From Eledone cirrhosa (taxonomy: Eukaryota): DNA of 64,000 bases. The notes under the pieces are model-generated. The model was not told the origin of the DNA. It did no database searches and worked only from the letters and a program-made list of their open reading frames with translations. The stretch lies in NCBI GenBank assembly GCA_964016885.1, contig OZ024755.1, positions 29,636,001-29,700,000 on the forward strand, read 5' to 3'. Position 1 is the first letter of the stretch. Each line of letters begins with the position of its first letter. Positions 46,887 to 61,150 of this stretch are shown one piece after another. The position numbers were made by a program, and so were the translations under genes.

Positions 46887-47264
46887 TAAACGGAATAGAA
46901 AATGCTGACAAATTGTTCACAGTTGAAAAATGGTTTAATTAGGAATAAAAGAGTATTAGTGATTGTATGGGTTAGTATTCAGTTGTGGTTTAAAGTTTTT
47001 AAGTTTTTACCGGTTGCGCATTTCTAAATGCTTTTCAAAAATAATTTTGAGATAGAGTGTCCGTGCTGTTTGCTCTGAGCACGGACACTCTATCTCAAAA
47101 TTATTTTTGAAAAGCATTTAGAAATGCGCAACCGGTAAAAACTTAAAAACTTTAAACCACAACTGAATACTAACCCATACAATCACTAATACTCTTTTAT
47201 TCCTAATTAAACCATTTTTCAACTGTGAATAATTTGTCAGCATTTTCTATTCCGTTTACCAATA
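46881..47264. repeat. Near-perfect fold-back palindrome (187-bp arms, 10-nt loop)
   Basis: Arms at 46881-47067 and 47078-47264. Single-arm relatives at ~43810-43972 and ~63536-63623. Confidence 0.92.
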
Positions 47265-47297
47265 TATAATAACTTGTGTGTTACACCTCTATTCTTT

Positions 47298-47350
<53 letters not shown>

Positions 47351-47353
<3 letters not shown>

Positions 47354-47545
47354 AAAAAGTATGGCCCCGATGGCAGAGCTCAAGTCGTTTCGACGGCTAT
47401 TTCTGAGTCCAGAAATAGCCGTCGAAACGGCTTGAGCTCTGCCGTAGGGGTCATACTTTTTCCTATTTCCCACTCTACTACTCTAAGTATTGAGTACTCT
47501 GGTGCGTTATGGTCCATCTGGTGGTTCCTTACCACATTTCCTTTG

Positions 47546-47547
<2 letters not shown>
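47351..47547 (+). mobile_element. 'Family B' short element: fold-back palindrome (47351-47464) carrying the 3' half of a hammerhead
   Basis: gccgtc GAAA cggc ttgagctct gccg TA gggg. Relatives at ~47672-47785 (-), ~58870-58952 (-) and 62995-63170 (+). Confidence 0.7.
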
Positions 47548-47603
<56 letters not shown>

Positions 47604-47905
47604 TGGGAATATAGTAACATACATTTTACGTGAGTTACGTCACACTTAAGTAGTCATATATATATATATATAACGAAGGAGGTTTGGTAAGGAACAAGAT
47701 GGACCATAATGCACCAGAGTACTCAATACTTAAGGTAATAGAGTGGGTAATAGGAAAATGATTGACCTCGATGGCAGAGCTCAAGTATAGCCATTGCACG
47801 ATATACCATTATTAATAATTATTAATTAATTGTTTCTACTTTTGGCACAAGGCCAGCAATTATCCCAGTGTGTCACTGGTACTTTATTTTATCGACCGCC
47901 GTAAG

Positions 47906-48135
47906 AAAACTTTTATACTCTGCTATGTATTGAGTACCTTACTTACTGTGGTTACCCCCGATTCCACTGGTAACCACAGTAAGTAAGGTACTCAATACAT
48001 AGCAGAGTATAAAAGTTTTAATATAGATGAGATTCTACAGGACTAGAACTGTTTCATTCTTTAGAAATCATCAGGATTCCTGATGATTTCTAAAGAATTA
48101 AAGAGTTCTAGTCCTGTAGAATCTCATCTATATTA
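47906..48135. repeat. Two abutting palindromes (47906-48019 and 48019-48135); the second holds back-to-back hammerhead-like cores
   Basis: The second palindrome is centred on 48077 (catcagga t tcctgatg) and reads CTGATGA t ttc taaa gaa t GAAA cagttc TA on the minus strand. Confidence 0.85.
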
Positions 48136-48917
48136 TATATATATATATTTATATATATATATACATATACATACATATATTTATATTCGTATAACGGCTC
48201 ATTTCGTTTCAGCTGTAGAGAATTCATACATAACACTCTTTCTGAGCAAACATTAGTCATAAAGAGGGAAATACAGGGAGATTATACCTGATTCATAGCT
48301 TCATGAAGTCATAACTCAGAATCCAAGTATTGCCTAGCAGCACAAGAATATAAACCTACGTTAATTGACTTTTCTATTGTATATTCCGTTACAGATCACT
48401 TTCAAAGTGCGGCTATGTATGTATGTATGTATGTATGTATGTATGTATGTATGTATGTCTGTATGTCTGTATGTATGTATGTATGTATGTGGATGTGAAT
48501 GTATGAATATATGTATGTATGTATGTATGAATGTATATGTGTGAATGTATATGTGTGTATGTATATGTGTGTATGAATGTATATGTGTGTATGAATGTAT
48601 GTATGTATGTATGTATGTATGTATGTATGTATGTATGTATGTATGTATGTATGTATGTATGTATGTATGTATGTATGTATGTATGTATGTATGTATGTAT
48701 GTATGTATGTATGTATGTATGTATGCAACTGAGGGTCGCATGGTAAATATCCAAGTTAATACTACATCAGTAAAATTAACAATAATAACGTCATGAAAAA
48801 AGCTACTAAGAGAAACCCTCGAAAATTTATCGCTAATACAGCAGGGGAAAATTTAACGCTAATACAGCAGGGAACATCATAATATTAACGACATGAAAAA
48901 GCTACTAAGAGAAACCA

Positions 48918-49515
48918 GTTGGTGCTACTGGTAACATGTATCCCAGTACAACCTGTCCCATGGTCGGGTCGTTGGCGACTAAACTGGCAACCCCACCAAG
49001 GTTTCTTGGTGAGGAGGGTGACTTTGGACATCCTGCAGGACTAAAAACAAAACCTGTCAAAGGGCAAAGGAGCTCTTAAGAGTCAATGGCCATCCAAAAT
49101 CACCGGGAGAGATGACCCCTTAGCCTTTGTCAAGGCAGAATTCTAGGAGAAGGAAAACTCTGATATAACACCTGCAACCCTGATGGTATCCAATGATGTT
49201 GACTTGTTCTTCTTTTTGGTAAATATCATCTTGGTTAAGAGAGTGGGACTGGCTTTGTGCAGTGCCTTTGCTCACTATAAAAGCTTCACGGCACAGGCAT
49301 TGCTTTATATCTGGAGATCTCTCTGCACTTGTCGTCACATGGTACCATGGGCCCAGCACTATGTGTCAGTAATTGTCACAAGTGTAGTGTTTGTACCAGA
49401 GTTTTCAAGTCGCTGGCTCGACTAAAAAGTCACACTCGTTCAGCGCATCGGTAGGGGTTCTCCTACATGGATATAAAGTAGTGGCCGTACTCGAAAACGA
49501 GTTGGCAGCCACCAT
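48918..49515 (+). mobile_element. RTE-derived non-autonomous retroposon, longest copy, with (TATG)n tail
   Basis: Includes a 5' region cgggtcgttggcgactaaactggcaacccc. A related 5' fragment is at ~52790-52972 (-). Confidence 0.7.
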
Positions 49516-51046
49516 GTATGTATGTATGTATGTATGTATGTATGTCTGTATGTCTGTATGTATGTATGTATGTATGTATGTGGATGTGAATGTATGAATA
49601 TATGTATGTATGTATGTATGAATGTATATGTGTGTATGTATATGTGTGTATGAATGTATGTATGTATGCATGTATGTTTTATGTTTGTATGTTTTTATGT
49701 ATGTATGTCGGTATATATGTATGCATGTCTGTTTTTATGCGTGTATGTATGTATGTATGTCTTTATGTATGTAAGTATGCATGTCTGTATGTATGCGTGA
49801 ATGTATGTATGCATGTCTGAATGTATGTATGCATGCATGAATGAATGTATGAATGTATATACGTATGCATGTCTGTATGTATGTATGCATGCATGCATGC
49901 ATGCATGAATGTATATATGAATGTATGCATGTATGCATATATGCATGTAATATATGTTTGCATGTATGTAGGTATGAATGTATGCATGCATGCATTTATG
50001 TAAGTTTGTATGTATGTATGTATGTGAATGTAAGTGTGCATATGTGTAAGCATATACACATACATGTGTGAAGGTGTATATATATTGTGTGTGTTTGTGT
50101 GTTTGTGTTTATGAGTGTATATGTGTGTGTCTGTGTACACACACACAGTATTTAAAGTGACAAACTGGTGTCTTCGTCAATAGTGCAAACAGAAAAATAA
50201 TTGCATTACAAGTCGGAAAATTGTTTCAAGAGATTTGTATCCTGCGGCGAACAGATTTGAATAAATAATATCCGGCTGTTTTTACTTTCTCTATTCTATT
50301 AACCCTAGTGGTATGACTTAACATTAAGAGGAAGTATCATACTCCTGGAATTTTCCAGTCTATCCGAGACTGGCGAGGAACAAAAGAGAAAGTTATCTTG
50401 CTTGAGAGTGAGTGAACTCCGGCAAGTTTCTCCAGACTAGATGGTACCGTCGCTAAACAGAACGACAGAATTAAATCTACGTAATCTGAACAGGAAATAT
50501 CTGTTTGAAAGGCTTCCCGGCGTGTTCTGTCTGTCAAATTTCACTCGTAACTCTTTGCTTGGCGTAAAGATTTGTTAAAATATTCTTCTATGTTGTGATT
50601 TTGTAATGTATGAAAAATATGTAGAATCATTTAAACAATCCCCAAACATAGCACACAGCATTAAACATCATAAAACGCCTGAGGAAATGTTTTGTCTTCC
50701 AGATGTACATATCTAATAGTCAGGCTGCGCTTAATACTATACTTACTTGAACACAAGCAAGGAAGACATTATAACGTGATTGTTCGAATGTAGCAAATAT
50801 CACTCTACCATTCAAAACACACTAGGAAACATTTAGTGTCTAAAGGTTAATCATTTCTAACATAGGTTCGAGCTTATGTTACAAATATTACAGTGAGGGA
50901 TCAATCGATTATATTGACTCCAACTGGTGATATAGTACTTTCCTTCTAACTTCCAGCTCTCACTGAAGAACGAAAAAGAAATTTGGCCTTGGTAGGAATT
51001 AGAACACTGGAAGTACATAACCCTAAGTAAATACGTCCTGCAAATA

Positions 51047-51118
<72 letters not shown>

Positions 51119-51130
51119 GTATGTATGGGT

Positions 51131-51194
<64 letters not shown>

Positions 51195-51200
51195 GACATG

Positions 51201-51232
<32 letters not shown>

Positions 51233-53418
51233 TGTTAGTGTGTTTGAGAATACCAGTGTAAAGCAATGGCTGGAACTGCGTTTCTTTGCGGTCGAAAGCG
51301 ATCTCAACCATTCGATCAATAGAGAACGAATAATGAAGTACCGATATAAAAAATAAAATTGTATAAAAGTGCGGTGATTTCGATGTCGATATTATCTAAC
51401 ATATATTTTAATTCAGTAATGCTATCCGACTGTTATTACTAGCAAATCGTGTAACCATGTAGATGCTTCCTTGTGGTTTAGGGCATTTACTACAAAGAGC
51501 CTATGGAATATAAAACTTGTTCAACAGAATCTATATATAAATTTCTACGATTCTGTCACAACATGTAAAGAGAGAGGAGTAGATTGACTACCTCATACTA
51601 CTCCTTCCTCTTTACGTCTGTTGCCTGCGTGAATGTATGTGTGTGTGTGTAAAATGAAAGAAGGGGATGATGAAAAAAACTGTAACAAAAGATGACTGGC
51701 GTTCCATTTGCTACGCAGTGTGAGTGTATATTTAAGTCTGTGTTTGTATAAATATATGTGATTTTGTGTGAATGTATGCCTGCGAGTGTGTATTTGTGTA
51801 AGTGTGTCTGTGTTTGCACGCTTATATGTTATATACACATACATATAAATGTATGCATATGCACATACACATGTACACACACATATACACATATGTGACA
51901 GTGTATGGAAAACATGTATGTGTTATAAAATTCTGTCAATCCATCTCAGAATTATTTATAATGTTTAACTTGTTCATTCCTTTATTTATTCTCCCTGTTT
52001 TCACCGTCGTTTAAAGTTAGAGTTTCTCTTCCCACATCAATAATAGCACATACTGAATAATCACTATGTATACACATGCTTTAATATTAATTGAAACGTC
52101 ATTACATAAAATACGGTAATTAGGATCGAAATTATAGTGACAGTTTAAATGTTATTGTTTCGTTCACGGCACACGTTTCTTTTCAAAGCTATACATAAAT
52201 ATAATTTTAGGATTTCAAAAATTATATAATCAACATTTCACAATTTACGACTGTGACGTTATGAATAATGTATTTGTTGCATTTATTATTAAATCATTTT
52301 TATACGTTGTATTGTTGTATTGTTGTATTGTTGTATTTAATGATTTTGTTTCCAAAATATTTGATGTGTCCAATTAAAATGGAATAATTGCCTGAAGCGT
52401 TAGAGAGCCGAACGAAACGTATTACGATATTAAGCCAAGGGCCATATCAACTGAGTTCAAATCACACAGATATCCACTTTAACTTTCATATTATGGGACT
52501 CTGTAATCTATCTAATCTCGCAAATAAGAAGAACCAGGGCCGCTCCCAGGAGCATTGGATTTGATGTACTTCATATTTGTTTCGGTTACTGAATACAATC
52601 AGGGGTTACTGCTACTCCTGAAGATCAATAGTTCTCTTCTAACTCGAACCGGAGCACCTTTCCGTTGTCAATTTGCATTGATCATCTGCGAAGGTGTAGT
52701 GGTTCTCAGAACCACTACACCAGTCTTTCGATGCATGCAGCTGGAACTACTGCCACCCATTGATTTGGTTGGATTTTTCTTAATTTTTTTTTCAAATATA
52801 TGGCCGTTGAATCTAATGAGTTCTTCCACCTTTTGTCAGGTTTTTTTTTTTGTCCTGCGGGGTGTCCAAAATCACCCTCCCCACCAAGTAAACTTGATGG
52901 GGTTGCTGGTTTAGTTGCCGACGACCCGACCATGCAACAGATTGTACTGGGTTAGATGCTACCAGTAGCACTCAAGAGTGACTTGACATGACACTGTAAA
53001 TAAAATACAAGGTTGTTGGACTGACAGAACCGTTACAGTATTAGAGGCCTTGCAATATTTGTTCTGATCCTGTGCGAGATAAATTCAAATCCTGCCGTGG
53101 ACAATTCGTGTAGTAAATTAAATTTAACTAATCACTCATTAAACACCACCCTCTTCGCTGCATTCTCACTCTCTCTCTATCTCTCTCTCAGCAGTTTCTG
53201 AATCCCCAAAAACTTTAAGTCACACATGGCTTCTACCTATTTAAGAAATACTGATTATATTTTTCGTACCATTTACTTTTAAATTCAATCATGAAACGTT
53301 GAGGAAATCATAAATTCAATAGAGCGTTGAGCAACAGTGCTTGTGGTATTTAGTCATGTCCATGTGCACTCTGTCTTCAGATTCCGAAATGTTAATTTTG
53401 CCTTTCATTCTTCTAGAT

Positions 53419-53705
53419 CAGGCATGGGCAACCTTCTTCGAGAAGCGGGCCGCATGAGATACAGCTCATCATCACGCGGACCGCAAGCGCTAGTTTACAT
53501 TCGTGTCCACATTAAAAAAAGGGGTGTAACTCAAGTTTTGGTTTGTTTCTTCAGAATTCGTACGCGTTGTTTTCCTCGATCGTAAAAATGATAGAATGAT
53601 AAATTACGACTGAAACGTTGGGGTAAAAAAATCAGAAAGATTTCACTTAGGTGACTTAGACGAGCCATTCAGGAAGCTTCATGGGCCGCACGTTGCCCAC
53701 GACTG
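53419..53705. mobile_element. hAT (Charlie-like) MITE
   Basis: TIRs caggcatgggcaac / gttgcccacgactg, 8-bp flanks ttctagat / ctctagag (NTCTAGAN target), and subterminal gggccgca motifs. Confidence 0.8.
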
Positions 53706-55711
53706 CTCTAGAGTGTCAAGTACTGAACTCAATCCTAAATAAACATTTAAAAGCTCCAACAAGGGAGCATATACGGGGTCACACAACCTATTAAAATTAG
53801 AATTCAAATTTACATCAAGCCACTTTAATGGGATACATTGTATCATATAAACATTGGTACAATAATTCTGAGATGGCACGGGCTGGCTGGTCATATTTTG
53901 AATCTCTTTGATCATAGTTTCTTTGACTAATGCTGACTTGCGGCTAAGATCAACAAACATATTTTTAATGAATACATTTTGTAACACTTTCATGTAATCA
54001 CATGAGTGAATATTTCATGGGAGATATTTTACAAACCGTTGCCTCGAACGAAATTATATAATTTAACTTCAGCCATTTTATATTTTATCAGATCCCTCTG
54101 GTTCCTAAAATAAATAGTAATAAATTGCGTGTTTGATCTAATTAAATATAATTCTAGCCTTTAATACTTAATCATTTACCTTGTCAATAAAATCAATATA
54201 AAACAAATGTCACAATATTTTTCTGTAAATAATTAAGATAAATTACTGTCAAATTATCATACAAGATTATCCACCATTTTAGTGTTTGTTGTTGTTATTT
54301 CCTATGTAATATAAAACAATATCAATATGTTTAAATGTTTTTTTGTTTTTTTTATGGTGGAGAACATAGAGGCGTCATTAAACGTTTTAACGATAACAAT
54401 TTTTTTCCTTCTTTTATCTTTGTCACAGTAGTGATTTGGGGTTAATTAAAGATTATCCTATCCAGAACGGTTCTTTAATGATCTTTGCACTCAATTCTTT
54501 GAAATGGCGTCTTCGTAATAAAACGAGTAGAAAAACAGAATATAATACAATACAGTAATAAAAGCGATATCGAACTTTTCAACGATTAAATGGTCTGTAA
54601 TTGCAATGTATATAACTTCCAAATGACGTAGTCTTGACGATATCCTTTCTGTTTTGATAAATTTGGTAAACATTCGTTTGCGCATTCTAAAAACAAAGTT
54701 AAAATGACAAAATAACATATAGCTGAAAAGGAGAAAAATCCGAAAAAATCCGAGCGAAATACAAAATACTCCAAGTTTCTGCAAACAATGTCAACATCAC
54801 ATTTACAACCAGTATTTTAATGATTTATTACTAAGAATATTAACATTTTAGTCTCTATTACTTTATTTCTTCATATATTTTACTTGGCAAATCTACATTT
54901 GCTTCTCTCTCTCTCTATCTATCTATCTATCTAGCTCCCTAACCAGCTATAAAAACCGCTATTTCACACTCATCCACTCTCTGTCTCTTATCCTCATTCT
55001 ACACTATTAACAGTTTCTATCACTTATCCTCTTTCTATTCACACGGTTTTTCTTTCACTCGCCCACTATCTCTTCCTATTACACTGTTTATACATTATCT
55101 TCTCTCTATTCTCATCCCACTCACTGCACTAGTAAACAAAACCTTACTAATCAATCAAATATTTTCAATATTTTATTATCACATTTCATATCTGTAACAT
55201 CGATGTTAACTGGCGATCATAATTCAATTGGCTTGTAATTCACAAAACAGCTGTTGTTAATTATTCCAAAGTCAGTTCTGATGAAACGGACATATGATCA
55301 AATACGTTCTGCCAACTATGACCATCACGTCATTTTACCATGGATAATGCATTTAGGAGCCCCTTATGCAAAATATCATTTACTAGGAAAGTGGTGATTA
55401 TATTCAACTGCTAATTCGACTTTAGTTTATCGTAAGTTGGAGGAACAGAGGTTCTCTCTCTCGTGTGCTCGATGTGAGTGCATCCTGCATCTGTGTTCGT
55501 TCTAGCAGGTTCCTTTGATATCATAAAGAAATTTAGAGAGATTGAACAAAAATCTTTTTCTTCGTATTCTTCTTCATCCATTTATTCTTGGGGTGGATGT
55601 AGACGCAGAGTCCTCAAGTATGCATTCCTGTGGATTCTCTCAGAAGAAACTGTTTCCACTTAGTCCAGCAGGATCCGCAACAGAAACCAGTCGAGCTCGT
55701 GGATGTTAGCC

Positions 55712-55960
55712 ATATATATATATATATACATACATATATATATGTATATATATGTATATATATATATACATACATATATATATGTATATATATGTATATA
55801 TATATATATATATACATACATATATACTATTATGTATATATAATATAGCATACATATATATCATATATTATATATTATAGTATATACAAATACATACATA
55901 CACATATATATATATATATATGTATTATATATATATTATACTATATATATACTTACATAC

Positions 55961-56005
<45 letters not shown>

Positions 56006-56027
56006 GATATGTTATATATATACATAC

Positions 56028-56111
<84 letters not shown>

Positions 56112-56207
56112 GTATATATATATACATATATATATGTATATATATATATATATATATATACATATATATACATATATATATGTATATATATATATATATA
56201 TATATAC

Positions 56208-56238
<31 letters not shown>

Positions 56239-56240
56239 CA

Positions 56241-56286
<46 letters not shown>

Positions 56287-56291
56287 CATAC

Positions 56292-56322
<31 letters not shown>

Positions 56323-56489
56323 CATACATATATATATATATACATACATATATATATACATACATATATATATGTATATATATATATACATACATATATA
56401 TATATATACATACATATATATATACATACATATATATGTATATATATATATACATACATATATATATATATACATACATATATATATAT

Positions 56490-56542
<53 letters not shown>

Positions 56543-56610
56543 CATATATATATATATATACATACATATATATATATGTATATATATATATACATACATA
56601 TATATATATG

Positions 56611-56642
<32 letters not shown>

Positions 56643-56711
56643 CATATATATTCATGGATGTTAACCATATACATACATACATACAAACATACATACATAC
56701 ATTCATACATA
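55712..56711. repeat. (AT)n/(ATAC)n microsatellite
   Basis: Seen directly. Confidence 0.95.
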
Positions 56712-57140
56712 CATGGTGGCTGCCAACTCGTTTTCGAGTACGGCCACTACTTTATATCCATGTAGGAGAACCCCTACCGATCCGCTCAGCTCCTTGAAAA
56801 CTCTGGTACAAACACTACACTTGTGACAATTATTGACACATAGTGCTGGGCCCTTGGTACCATGTGACGACATGTGCAGAGAGATCTCCAGATATAAAGC
56901 AATGCCTGTGCCGTGAAGCTTTTATAGTGAGCAAATGCACTGCACAAAGCCAGTCCCACTCTCTTAACCAAGATGATATTTACCAAAAAGAAGAACAGGT
57001 CAACATCATTGGATACCATCAGGGTTGCAGGTGTCATATCAGAGTTTTCCTTCTAGAATTCTGCCTTGACAAAGGCTAAGGGGTCATCTCTCCCGGTGAT
57101 TTTGGATGGCCATTGACTCTGAAGAGCTCCTTTGCCCTTT
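56712..57140 (-). mobile_element. RTE-derived non-autonomous retroposon, copy 3, embedded in (ATAC)n
   Basis: Near-identical to 1516-1925, with a small internal deletion. Confidence 0.7.
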
Positions 57141-57185
57141 ATACATACATACATACATACATACATACATACATACATACATACA

Positions 57186-57221
<36 letters not shown>

Positions 57222-57926
57222 TACATATATATATTTATTTAGGTAAAGAATCCTTCTTGGTAGAGCGACGAGCAAATAGATATATTCAGTATCTATATAG
57301 TGAGCTTAAATACTGACTGGGTCGACTTTGCATTTCATCCCCAAAACGATGATACAATCACAAACTCGTTCATCCAAAATTGTGGTTTTGTGCCAATGGC
57401 AAAAATCAATATATTATGACTTATTGCGATATGTATATTTTAAATATATTTTGTCATTAAAAAACTTTATTTTATATAAACAATTTTCACTATCTCTATA
57501 TTATATATTTTCAATTTCCAGTTTCGTTTTTAATTAGCCTAACTGGCTAAATTCCATTATCAAGCGTAATTGTCAATGCATTAAGATTTCACAGAAAAGT
57601 AATCATTTTTCTATAAAAGCTAATATTATATATATTTGTTTTAATTCTAAAGAGTATGTTTTGTAGAAATAAAGATATATACACTAAATATTTTTCTTCC
57701 CCAAATTATTAAAACATTATGCACATGTATAGATAGTTAGATGTGGGGAGGGGGGGGAGGAAGACGAGAATCACAGAAAGAATTAATTAAATTCCCATTT
57801 CTTCTTCATGGAATAATGTCTAACTTGCGTTTATAGAGACAAATCCATTCCGTTATTATATACATTATACAGAATTTATATTTGCTCTAACAATGTGGAT
57901 ACATAAATGTATTCGTGAGTGAGTTC

Positions 57927-58290
57927 ATCATCATCATTCGTCGACTACTGTCGAGATGATGGATCTCACTCTCATGCCACAGAATACCCTGTCCCCCATC
58001 GCTGCCCCCGGGTCCTGTCTACTGATTCCCGTATCCCTAGAGATAACGTCAGGGAATGACAGCTTCCTACTCCTAGTCAGGCTGGAGTCAGGGTTCCAGA
58101 GCAAGAGAGCGGATATGATTTCATTGCTGGCACGGTGACAGTGGCCAGCAAATTGAGCTCTCCGGGATTTTAGAAGGGCAGAGGCTCGAGGGAGATTGCC
58201 ATAGATTTTAGACAAGGTGGGATGTCGTTTCCAGGATAGGTTTTGCACTCTCATTACGAGGCGGGTATATGTGCCATCCAATCTCCTCTC
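57927..58290 (-). mobile_element. RTE LINE 3' fragment with (ATG)n tail
   Basis: DGTYTRLVMRVQNLSWKRHPT..IYGNLP..RRAQFAGHCHRA..LLLWNP. Confidence 0.85.
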
Positions 58291-59147
58291 AAGTTGTGAT
58301 GTTAGTGTCCAAGTTTCGTGAGTGAGTTACTAATAATCTATATATTACTAATCTATATATTACTAACACTGTGTGATTGCTTCCTTGCTTGCTTGTCTGT
58401 AATGTAATACAGCCAAAAGGAGGCATAATGGAAACATACTTTGAAAGGAAGTTGACCCTGAAATGGGAATAGAAATGGAATAACACAAGTTTCGCGTAAA
58501 TCAGACCACGGGTTCCTGAGATATGGTTTTTTTTTCCAGGAATCTTCATAGAGAGAGAAAGAGAGAGAGAAGAGATAGTGGTTGTGTGACAGTAGATTGA
58601 AAGAGAGATATAGAGGAGACAGAGAAGGGGGATGGAAGAGGTGGTGGTGGTGGTGGTGGTGGTGGTGGTGTGTGTGTCTATGACCAGTGCATATAGATCA
58701 CAGACACCCACATATATATATATATATACACACACATATATATATATATATGTGTATGTGTGTGTGTGGGTGTGTGTGTGTATACATATATATATATATG
58801 TCTATGTATACACACACACATATATATATACATACACACACGTATATATATATATATATATATATATATAACGAAGGAAATGTGGTAAGGAACCATGTGG
58901 ACCGTAACGCACCAAAGTACTCAATACTTGAGGAAGTAGAGTGGGTAATAGGAACCAGTAAGACCCCTAGAGGTCTTACTGGTTCCTATATATATATATA
59001 TATAGGCCTTCCAGTTTCATTTCACATTATATACGAACATGTCTGTATATTTTAATTATTTTAACATTATTTTTAAGAGAACATGATTTTTAAAAAATAA
59101 TTTGAAGTGAATTTGACCCAACGGGTCACGGGTGGTTTAATATTATA

Positions 59148-59322
59148 ATATAATTGTTTCTACTTTAGGCACAAGGCCAGCAATTACCCAGTACATTACT
59201 GGTACTTTATTTTATCGACCCCGTAAGGATGAAAGGCAAATTTAACCTCGGTGGGAATTGAACCAAGACCGTAAAGGGCCGTAACTCTATGCTTCAAAGC
59301 ATGGTTTCTGATGCTCTGCCGA
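59148..59322 (-). mobile_element. tRNA-derived Nin-domain SINE
   Basis: Same family. Further partial copies at ~25590-25720, ~47818-47905 and ~61510-61600. Confidence 0.85.
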
Positions 59323-59439
59323 TTTACAAGATAATGAACTAGGATTAAGACTCTTCTATATTTAAATACTCTCATTATAAGAATTACATCTCATTTTGAT
59401 AACCACTCGCCCTTCATTTTGATAACCACTCGCCCTGTT

Positions 59440-60315
59440 GACGTCAAGTCCCTCTAACGCACTTGGGATGCCATCCAGTGCAATCTGGCCTCAGACGGGC
59501 TCACGCGCCAGCTCAACCAGCATCGCCTTGCTTGTTTTCGTGCGGCCTCCAAACCACACAGTGGTGCATGGCTCCATGCCCTGCCCTCCTTCACCACTGG
59601 CACGCAGCTAGACAACCATAGTCTGCGAATCGGCGTTTCCCTGATGCTCGGCCTCCGGATCTGCCTGCCACACTAATATCGCTGCGGTTCCACTGTGGAC
59701 TCTTTCGGCCTCCACTCGCTTTCCTGTCTCCACAGTGCCGGCCGCATCCCACGCCATACTGCCCTCAAGGAGGTCATTAAGCATGGCTTGGACGCTGCAG
59801 GCTTCCCTTCCCAGCTCGAGCCGGTGAGACTGGATCGAGGGGACGGCAAAAGGCCAGATGGCATGACCATCTTCCCGTTCCGCGGTGGAAACCCCTCGTC
59901 TGGGATGCCACTTACACCGACACTTTCTGCAGCCGCAACCTGGTGCAGTCTGCGACTGACCCAGGTTCTGCTGCACGTCGGGCTGAGGTGGCCAAACTCC
60001 TCAAATACCGGTCGCTCTCCGACAGGTTTGCGGTCGTACCCCTGGCAGTGGAGACTTCTGGTGGCCTCGGCCCCAGGGCTACCACCTTACTCACCACCAT
60101 AGGCGCTGAGCTGGCCAGCCGCAGGTGTGAGCCCCGCGAGTTGGAGTGGCTTTTCCAGCGCGTCTCCCTTGCCGTCCTCCGGGGAAACGCCTTCTCCATT
60201 CTGTCCGCCGGGGCTTTGGGTGGGCCCCATCGCGTACCAATACATTAGTTAAATACCATTCTTTCATCTGATATATCCCTAAATTATATTTTGTACAATA
60301 TACACTAAATAAATA
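59440..60315 (+). mobile_element. CRE-clade non-LTR retrotransposon 3' fragment (zinc knuckle + RLE), with a stop and a frameshift
   Basis: SGAWLHALP..LRIGVSLMLG..RCG..GLHSLSC..RH..DGKRPDGMTIFPF..(frameshift) LVWDAT..AEVAKLLKY..VPLAVETSG..FQRVSLAVLRGNA. A GC-rich island in AT-rich DNA. Confidence 0.85.
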
Positions 60316-61150
60316 TATTTGGAGCGGTGAAAAACAATTACACGCAAGGAAAAAAATGAAATCGAAAAAAAAAAATAAAAAAAATAAAACAACAAAACCA
60401 ACACAGCCAAGACGGTGATACATTACATTGATTATACAAGATATACAAAACATATTCATCACACAACAACATATCACAATTCACATAACATATTCTACAC
60501 AACATATTATACAATAAGATAGCATTTCAAACAACAAGCTGAACTCCATAACAAAACAGAAATGATGCCGTGCCTTAACAGAGGTTTTATATACACCAAA
60601 CCACCAGTCCCCTCCTCGCATGAATAAACATGTAAAGCTGCAAATACTTCATAAACACACGATATTGTAGAAGTCGATAACAACGATATCAATGATAAAC
60701 ATAATAGCAGATACAGTACTCAAACCTCTGTATGAACTTAGGAATCAAATGCGATTGTTGCAAGAGGAGGTTGCAGTGAGTTATTCAAATCACAGACCTT
60801 TCACCTCTCCCTCGTCCGTCGCTGAGATTTGCAATAGCCTTTGGGGTGGGTGAGAGATGTCTTCTCTTGTGAAAATGGGTATAGCTTTCATTATGTAAAA
60901 TCTCCCCATTTTGCGTCATTTCTCCCCGTTTTGTGGCACTTTTTTTTCATGGTGTTCCCCGTTTGGATTTTCATAAGTTGGCAGGTCTTAAATCATGACG
61001 TATCGATAATGAAATCTCTGAAATCGATACATTAATTACCAAATGAGAAATTTTTCAGACAGAGACATGAATTCAATGGTAGTGATATAAAACAACCATA
61101 GAGTTCGTTTCTAACATTCAAACAATCGTATATCCATATATGGGTAAACT

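Noticed and set aside
54430-54830. Possible piggyBac transposase C-terminal remnant (FCKQCQHHI)
   Set aside because: Only a short Cys motif; no TIR/TTAA or catalytic motifs verified.
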